In this document: positions 57,711-64,000 of the stretch, one piece after another | Numbering within the stretch: position 1 is the stretch's first letter | How the letters are laid out: each line of letters starts with the position of its first letter | NCBI GenBank assembly: GCA_041739995.1 | Contig: JBGSMV010000031.1 | Location: 1 to 64,000 of the forward strand | Source of the DNA: Bdellovibrionota bacterium | GTDB lineage: Bacteria; Bdellovibrionota_C; UBA2361; JBGSMV01 | Direction: 5' to 3' | DNA length: 64,000 bases | The notes under the pieces: model-generated | The model's database searches: none | Seen by the model: the letters and a program-made list of their open reading frames with translations, nothing else | What the model was told of the DNA's origin: nothing | Translations under genes and position numbers: made by a program

Positions 57711-59720
57711 TCACTGGACAGCTAAACGAGGACGCTTAAATTCAACACCCACGAGCGCTAGACATAAAAGCACGCCGAAGCAGCACAAAAAAGGTTTTGA
57801 GCGACTAGGGCGATAATGCAATTCGACCTGATGTTGCCCGGCGTCAACCTCCACCCCAATAAACCCCGGTTCAACCTCGCGCGTCGACACCGGAACACTA
57901 TCGACTTTGGCCTCCCAGTTAGGATGAAAGCTGGTCCGGAAGAAAATTATTCCTGGCTCAGCCGCGTCCACTGAACCAGATGCATCCTGACTGCTCCAAC
58001 GAACATCGCGAACAGTTCCAACCTTTGAATCTAAATTAACTATTGGTCTCGCGTGAGCAGCATCTGCATAGAGCTCTGCGCTAGTTGTTCCAACAAAGTC
58101 GCTGTTTTCAACTGAGAGCACGACACCTGCTGGGTAGCTAAACACTTTGTAGCGGCCGAACTGAGCTATCTCAGAGAGGAACTGAGGAGCAGTCCAATGG
58201 GCTGGGGCTACCACGGTGTTAACTCCGAAGAAACGATAATGCTGCTCACGTTGTGGGTCGAAGGAGAAAACCGAATCCCCTGCTTTGCCCATAGAGTGAA
58301 AAAGCATTCCCATAGTGGGCAGACCACGAATCACGATGGGGTGATAAACCTCTACATAATCTGCAACCACCAGATCTTTGGCCCAGGTGCGCGCCATTCC
58401 CGCATAGATCCATCCCGGTGGTCGCTCTTCTAAATAACTGAGAAGTGCCTGGGTATCAGTGTCCTTAGAAAATGAGCTATTTGCTGCTTCAATTCGGCTG
58501 TGCTGCTGCTGGAAAAGGCCAGCCTGCTGCAGCACAGGCATCGCCAAAACGAGGACTACCCAGACTCCTCGCAGCCACACGGAAGGAAACCAGGAAAGAG
58601 CTATCATGACCCCCTGCCCCGCAAGCACCACGCCAAACAGCTGCACCCCGATTATAAAGCGATGCATGTGCATGGAGCTAAGCAGCGGCAGGGATTCAAA
58701 TAGAAATCCCCAGGCTTGGTATCCGCACAGCAAGCTGAGCCACAAGATGAAGCTGCTTACCACCAATCGCATCGCCCATGCCTGACTGCGCGCACACAGC
58801 GCAAAGCTCAGTCCTATACACACGAATACGGTTACTATTGGAAAACGTCCGCGGTCAAAGAGTCCGCCTTTAAAAAACTCCGATACCGTCCAATAAATTC
58901 CGCGACCAGAAAACTTCCACTCAGGTTCGAACACGCTTCTATGGATGAAGTTACTGTCACTTAAAATAAACACCCACTGATGAGCAGTTACCGCCAGAAA
59001 CAAGAGCGAGAGCATGAGTGCTCGCCCGAACACGGCCCGAACTGAACTCGTCCGAGAAAGTACCGCTCCGAGTAGCCCAATGAAAACAGAAGTGCCGATG
59101 ACATAGGCTGCAAGAATATGAGAACCGACCGCTAAGAAACTAAGCAGAGCGCATAGGCCCCAGCCCTTCCCGAAAGTCACCACCCTAAAGGCATAGGCGC
59201 AGGCAGGCGCTAGAAACACCAACGCCCAGAGCTGGGTGATAATGCCGTTGGTACCCCAAGCATAGTTCTCAAGACCAAGACCGTAGCCTTCCTGCTCTGC
59301 CAGCAGCACCGCAAATGCACCGGTGACCGCCGCTGCAAGCGGTGCAGACCCAAGCACACGAGCCGCCCAATAGAACGAGAAAGGCAACGCACTTACCGCC
59401 AACACGGTAAAGAGCGGCACAAGCATCTCTAGAGCAACCGAACTACCCAGCAGTCGATAGCAAGCGTATATCACCAGATGCGGAAGATGTTGGTAGACCC
59501 TGAATACAGGGTACCCGAAAGGACTAGCGTCAAACCAAAAATCGAAGGCACTGCCCCCGGCGCGCACTACGGCGTCGAGCTCACGCAGAAGAGACAAATG
59601 AAAGGTGACATCGCTGTATTGGAACTCGCCCGCAGTGAGCTCAGGCCAAAAGCCCCACGCGGAGAACGCGGAAGCAAGAATAAGTAGCAGAAGTGCAAAT
59701 TTTCGCTCATTTCGGAGCAT
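57711..59720 (-). CDS. YfhO-like / GT-C-type polytopic membrane protein
   Basis: Many TM segments, WFDASPFGYPVFRVYQHLPH and a YfhO-like C-terminus (FHPNWEAKVD...GFIGVEVDAGQHQVELHY + TM). ATG 59720 is preferred. Confidence 0.75.
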   Translation of the reverse strand: MLRNERKFALLLLILASAFSAWGFWPELTAGEFQYSDVTFHLSLLRELDAVVRAGGSAFDFWFDASPFGYPVFRVYQHLPHLVIYACYRLLGSSVALEMLVPLFTVLAVSALPFSFYWAARVLGSAPLAAAVTGAFAVLLAEQEGYGLGLENYAWGTNGIITQLWALVFLAPACAYAFRVVTFGKGWGLCALLSFLAVGSHILAAYVIGTSVFIGLLGAVLSRTSSVRAVFGRALMLSLLFLAVTAHQWVFILSDSNFIHRSVFEPEWKFSGRGIYWTVSEFFKGGLFDRGRFPIVTVFVCIGLSFALCARSQAWAMRLVVSSFILWLSLLCGYQAWGFLFESLPLLSSMHMHRFIIGVQLFGVVLAGQGVMIALSWFPSVWLRGVWVVLVLAMPVLQQAGLFQQQHSRIEAANSSFSKDTDTQALLSYLEERPPGWIYAGMARTWAKDLVVADYVEVYHPIVIRGLPTMGMLFHSMGKAGDSVFSFDPQREQHYRFFGVNTVVAPAHWTAPQFLSEIAQFGRYKVFSYPAGVVLSVENSDFVGTTSAELYADAAHARPIVNLDSKVGTVRDVRWSSQDASGSVDAAEPGIIFFRTSFHPNWEAKVDSVPVSTREVEPGFIGVEVDAGQHQVELHYRPSRSKPFLCCFGVLLCLALVGVEFKRPRLAVQ

Positions 59721-60201
59721 TCGCTGCGTCCTCAAGAACTTTCGCGCGGTCCTGTGCCAACTTGAAATCTGGAGAAACTCGAATGGCGGCCCGAACCTGT
59801 TCAAGGGCTCCGCTGATGTCGCCGCGCTGCTCTTTAATGAAGCTTAAATTGTAATGCGTGAATTGCTCTAACTCAGCAAGTTCTTTGATAGTTCCTGCAT
59901 AGTATTTTTCAGCCGCGGCATTGGCGCCCTGAAGCTGGGAGATCCACCCGAGCCCAAACAGCATCACTGGATCCTTGTCATCTCTTTGACGCAGATCTTC
60001 AAGGCAACCACGAGCAACGCTCCGCAATGCCGGTTCTTTAATAGACCGATCTACAAGGCCAAGGCACTTGCGAGCCGAGGAGTTACTATTCTTTTCTACT
60101 GTGTCGGCTTGCTGCTCAGCGTGAAAAATAAACATTACGCTGAGTAGTCCACAGGCAAGAATGAACGCGATCAAATTTCTGCTCTTCAAATGGCTCAGCA
60201 T
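59707..60201 (-). CDS. Membrane-anchored TPR protein
   Basis: N-terminal TM, then TPR motifs (LFGLGWISQLQG...AEKYY; HYNLSFIKEQRGDISGALEQVRAAIRVSPDF). ATG 60201 is preferred because the track start lies inside a repeat element. Confidence 0.8.
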   Translation of the reverse strand: MLSHLKSRNLIAFILACGLLSVMFIFHAEQQADTVEKNSNSSARKCLGLVDRSIKEPALRSVARGCLEDLRQRDDKDPVMLFGLGWISQLQGANAAAEKYYAGTIKELAELEQFTHYNLSFIKEQRGDISGALEQVRAAIRVSPDFKLAQDRAKVLEDAANAPK

Positions 60202-60346
60202 GGCTCTCGCTTCCGAAAGATTTTCCCGAAGTCTAGCCAGTTGCTCGGGAACCAGCGAGCAGGAAAATAAGGCTTTCAACAGAGCCTGTCGAACTAAGGA
60301 TCTGAAGGTGAGAACTACTCCCGATGTTGTGCGCCGTTCCTTTAAC

Positions 60347-60415
60347 AACACGGGGGTCACGGTGGACACGGAGGGGGATTGGCTTCCTCTCCGAGACCAC
60401 CGTGCCCACCGTGTT
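60347..60415. repeat. Palindromic element with 9-bp periodic arms
   Basis: AACACGGGG-GTCACGGTG-GACACGGAG ... CTCCGAGAC-CACCGTGCC-CACCGTGTT around a short GGGGA/TTCCT stem-loop. Confidence 0.8.
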
Positions 60416-60457
60416 AAAAAATTCCCTCTCGAATGACCGTGCTATTGATGAACGATC

Positions 60458-63181
60458 TCAGTCCTCGTCTCCCGCATCACCATCAGACTGAGAAGCTGCG
60501 GCGTTACGCCCCGAACCTGTCTTGGGACCACGAAGAATATGCTGATAGGCCCAAAGAACATCTTTCAATAACAACTGCTCCGGGTATTTTGGAGCACCCT
60601 CCGATCCTGAACAAAGCCTTTCCCACCCCCGCTTCCAGCGCTCGACTCTCGTCTTATCAGGAAGATGCGCGAGATCGTGGGCCACCAACTCAGGACTATC
60701 GGCATATCGCATGGAATCTTCGACGAACTCACGCTCGCGCGAAATGTTCTCACGCCTAAAATGGGCAGCGAGTTGTTCTATGTAATCAGGAAATATTTCC
60801 CCTAAACGCTCCGACACCTTGGCATCTGGATTTCGCGCCGCCCACGAGGTGAGCTGACCCAGTAACTGCCGATGATGGGGTTCTATCTCTCTCGAAGCTA
60901 CCCCAATGCGCGCTCGCACTGATTCCATAAAACGCAAGTCAGGCATGGTATCTTCTACCTTTTTATCGTCGGGTCTGGTGCGATGCGCCTTTGGAATTTC
61001 AAACTGGCCAGGAAGCATCATGGCACGCACATGCGAGAGATATTTACTAAATTCCGCCAACGCTTGAGAAGAAAAAGGAAGTTCCAGTGCTCTGGTTACA
61101 TCATAGCGCACCAGCCGCCGACCGACTCTGCTAAGCGCTTCGACTAAAGAGGCAGGCTCCATGACCATGCTTCTTTCTTCCAACTGGCCCATGCGCTTTT
61201 CCGAGAGCTCCACTCCTTCGCGCAAGCGCTCCAACTCTTCGAAGCACTGCACCCCAAGCCTGGATTGAAACGAAAACGGCGTATGCGCCTTTCGCTCCAG
61301 AAACTGCATCAACGAAGAGAGACCCAAGCCGCTCACCCCACAGGTGCTCACCACATCAAGAAGCAAGGTCTCCAGATCGCGCCCGTCAATTCCTATCCCA
61401 CCGTCATAGAGCGAGGCCCGACTCACCCCAATTCCACGCCCAAACTCCTCATTCACCAGATGTTGATGAGCAAATAGCTGTGAAATTTCGGCAGGCCGAA
61501 ATCGACCTCTGCTCGGGAGAGCCCAGTTCACCGCATCATCGGGCCACTCAGCTGACGGAAGCGAAAGAAACACTGCCTTAGCCACACCGTTCAGACGTTC
61601 AGCGATTTTTCCGAGCATTTTAGGAGGAGCCGAGGGATGTTCCCGATAGAAGCTCTCGTCTGGGGAAAGCACTCGTGTCGAAACAGCAAAAAGGCTGAGC
61701 AAAAGGGTAACATGCGGGCTCACCCGTGCAGAGTCAGGGATACGCGCACTGAGCTTATGCTCAAGCAGATCGCGCTCATCAAAGCAGTTCAGCAACAAAG
61801 GTGCATTAATACCACGCGCGATAGACAGTAATCGCCCGGACCGCTCAGTGCTCTGAAGCATACCGTCCAAGTGGGTGTCGTTCATGCAACCCATAACCAT
61901 CGCATCAAACGGCAACACCCGCGAAAGTTGCGGCCCGGATTCAACACGCGCCGTGACGCGCAATACGCCCCCTTCAATCGCTTCTCGGTACGGATCGATA
62001 GATGTGGGCTTGCCCTTATGCCCTTCTCCTCCCAACTCGTGGCCCACATTATCGAACAACACGAGACCTCGATGAGCAGCAGCTACAGGATCTTGGACGC
62101 TCACCAAATCGTGTGCCGCTGCTTGAAGGGCTTCCGGTAGATCTTTATGAAGGGTGTTGGCCGCGCCCCAGACAAGGGCCGCAGAAGCCGCACGGTGAGG
62201 TTGCGGCTCGATAGTCGCGATTCCTACGCCCTCTCCTGCGGAGAAAGAAAATCTCTCTACACGCACATACTTCTCAAAGACTTGCCGTAACTCTGCCTTC
62301 TCTGCCCTTAGAAGACTTCGCATCACGCGCTCAACGAGGGGGTCCAGTCCATCCCTTGAGACATAGGCCTCATTGACGCCTTGCCGCTGCTCAGGCGAAA
62401 GAGCACTCAGGACATCTTGCAAGAACTTCTCTCGAATACCTCCCTTAGGTAACAGGAAAATGGGATCTGGCTGGCAGCCAGTCGGAAGATACAGTCGAAG
62501 CGGCTCACCTGACCCGTTGGAAAACTCAAACATCGGTCGGTACAAGACGCCGTCGGGATGATGTTGAGAAAAATACTCGAGCCTTCTTAAGGCTGTCGCG
62601 ATAAAAGTGCTCTTTCCAGACGCGAATGGCCCAAACAACAAACCCCAGCGTCTGGCATAGGGAAGCGAGGCTTGTTCATCCAAAACTTCTCGAAAGTGAT
62701 GCGCGACTCGGTCCATCCCAAACGCGGGGTCTCGCGCGGCAAGAGATTGATGAGGGTCGGTGAGAAATGGATAGACCGGAACGGTGACGCCCTGCCGCCG
62801 CACGTTGATGCTTTCATCAACATCAAAGGTGAGCGCATCTCTGACATACCCTGCAGCATTACGCAGCAGGCGGTGGGGATGAGCCTTCACCTCGCTGAGG
62901 TATTGGGCAAAAGTCATGGTAACAGGCGCGATTTCTTTGGTCTGTGCGGGAGCTAAGAGCTGATCGAAAACAGAGCCGGAAGAGCGTGCGGTCGAATGAT
63001 CGCCGTTAATATGCGGAGAATCCTTCGCTTGCGATGCTGCGGCTACGCCGTTCTTAGAAGGATCAACTTCGATCGATAACCGCGAAACTCCCGGGCCTCT
63101 TCCTGAAGGAAACGAGCTATCGCCGAAACTACCACCATGACCACCACCATCATGGACCCCAACATCTGGTCCGCTACTCAT
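60458..63181 (-). CDS. Divergent PrkA/YeaG-like AAA+ serine protein kinase homolog
   Basis: MTFAQYLSEVKAHP..LLRNAAGYVRDA, FGMDRV, Walker A GPFASGKST and AAHRGLVLFDNV (PrkA ANRG.xEF.-like), with a low-complexity N-terminal extension. Confidence 0.7.
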   Translation of the reverse strand: MSSGPDVGVHDGGGHGGSFGDSSFPSGRGPGVSRLSIEVDPSKNGVAAASQAKDSPHINGDHSTARSSGSVFDQLLAPAQTKEIAPVTMTFAQYLSEVKAHPHRLLRNAAGYVRDALTFDVDESINVRRQGVTVPVYPFLTDPHQSLAARDPAFGMDRVAHHFREVLDEQASLPYARRWGLLFGPFASGKSTFIATALRRLEYFSQHHPDGVLYRPMFEFSNGSGEPLRLYLPTGCQPDPIFLLPKGGIREKFLQDVLSALSPEQRQGVNEAYVSRDGLDPLVERVMRSLLRAEKAELRQVFEKYVRVERFSFSAGEGVGIATIEPQPHRAASAALVWGAANTLHKDLPEALQAAAHDLVSVQDPVAAAHRGLVLFDNVGHELGGEGHKGKPTSIDPYREAIEGGVLRVTARVESGPQLSRVLPFDAMVMGCMNDTHLDGMLQSTERSGRLLSIARGINAPLLLNCFDERDLLEHKLSARIPDSARVSPHVTLLLSLFAVSTRVLSPDESFYREHPSAPPKMLGKIAERLNGVAKAVFLSLPSAEWPDDAVNWALPSRGRFRPAEISQLFAHQHLVNEEFGRGIGVSRASLYDGGIGIDGRDLETLLLDVVSTCGVSGLGLSSLMQFLERKAHTPFSFQSRLGVQCFEELERLREGVELSEKRMGQLEERSMVMEPASLVEALSRVGRRLVRYDVTRALELPFSSQALAEFSKYLSHVRAMMLPGQFEIPKAHRTRPDDKKVEDTMPDLRFMESVRARIGVASREIEPHHRQLLGQLTSWAARNPDAKVSERLGEIFPDYIEQLAAHFRRENISREREFVEDSMRYADSPELVAHDLAHLPDKTRVERWKRGWERLCSGSEGAPKYPEQLLLKDVLWAYQHILRGPKTGSGRNAAASQSDGDAGDED

Positions 63182-63348
63182 AGAAGATAAAACCCCCAGC
63201 AATGAGAAGACTGTGACTATCGTTCAAAAGCGTACTCCAAGGAAGGCAACTACCCAAACTTTTACCAAGCACCTTTGTCGCCCTCACTCAGTCCTCCTGG
63301 CCTCTTTGCAATTGCCTCTCAGCGATCGTCTACGCTAAAAAGGGCCCA

Positions 63349-64000
63349 ATGGAGATTGTCCTTGCTATTGACCAGGGTACCACCGGGAGCCAGGCGGCTC
63401 TCTTTGATGCCTCGACCCTTGCTCTAATTTCCAATGCAAAAGTTGAGCATCCTCAACACTATCCGTCGGCTGGGTTCGTAGAGCACGACCTTAATCAAAT
63501 TTGGAAAAGTGTGCAGACTGCTTTTGAGCAGGCGGTAGCAAAAAGCGGCCTCACGCCTTCGACCGTTCAGAAGTCGCTTCTATGCGTGGGGGTCACGAAT
63601 CAACGTGAAACCGTGTGCGCTTGGGATAGAGCGAGCGGTGAGCCTCTTTGTCGAGCAATCGTGTGGCAAGACCGACGCAGCGCGGACGCTTGCGAACGCA
63701 TCTCTAAAATGTCTGCTGAACGAAAATACATCGAAGACACTACTGGTCTTGTCGTCGACCCCTACTTTAGCGCCACCAAGATGCAATGGCTGCTCACAGA
63801 GAATGCGGCGGTCAAAGCTTGCGCCAGCGCAGGACAGCTTGCCTTAGGTACCATCGACTCCTTTCTTATGCACCGCCTCTCCGGTGGAGGCCAATTCATT
63901 TCGGATCACAGCAACGCAAGTCGCACTATGCTGTATAGCCTCGACAAGAACTGTTTCGATCCATCACTCTGTCAGTTTTTTGGAGTGCCTTTACACTGCT
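63349..64000 (+). CDS. glpK: Glycerol kinase (partial, runs off the right edge)
   Basis: Not in the ORF track. MEIVLAIDQGTTGS, QHYPSAGFVEHD, GVTNQRETV, AIVWQDRR, DPYFSATK, GTIDSFL and DHSNASRTML. Confidence 0.95.
   Translation, partial: MEIVLAIDQGTTGSQAALFDASTLALISNAKVEHPQHYPSAGFVEHDLNQIWKSVQTAFEQAVAKSGLTPSTVQKSLLCVGVTNQRETVCAWDRASGEPLCRAIVWQDRRSADACERISKMSAERKYIEDTTGLVVDPYFSATKMQWLLTENAAVKACASAGQLALGTIDSFLMHRLSGGGQFISDHSNASRTMLYSLDKNCFDPSLCQFFGVPLHC

Noticed and set aside
60202..60369. N-terminal extension of the TPR ORF
   Set aside because: The track start lies within the palindromic repeat; ATG 60201 directly precedes the TM segment.

Overview
Bacterial chromosomal window of ~38 CDS, mostly housekeeping and envelope genes from a diderm organism (Omp85 barrel, periplasmic glucan synthase). 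No prophage, CRISPR array or rRNA was seen. Recognisable genes: a 2963-aa cyclic beta-1,2-glucan synthase, MltD-type lytic transglycosylase, dacB, 7Fe ferredoxin, tRNA-Cys(GCA), hemolysin III, a Dam-family methylase, thermonuclease, a large Pro/Thr-rich surface protein with a subtilase, HU, an Rrf2-led SsuABC/TauABC-type ABC operon, xseA/xseB split by a collagen-like gene, pdhC-lipA, a TamB-Omp85 fusion, glycogen debranching enzyme, two GT-C-like membrane proteins, an FG-GAP protein, beta-carbonic anhydrase, a divergent PrkA and partial glpK. The most interesting signals are non-coding or missing from the ORF track. (1) The left edge holds the N-terminus of a probable REP-associated tyrosine transposase next to two GTAG-initiated repeats. 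(2) An orphan minus-strand terminator with a sigma28-like promoter and an anti-SD motif suggests a ~70-nt sRNA. (3) The tRNA-Cys 3' end is followed by an inverted and then a direct copy, giving mutually exclusive hairpins upstream of a 21-Cys secreted protein. (4) Several palindromic intergenic repeat elements are present. All family assignments come from motif recognition by eye; no database searches were run.
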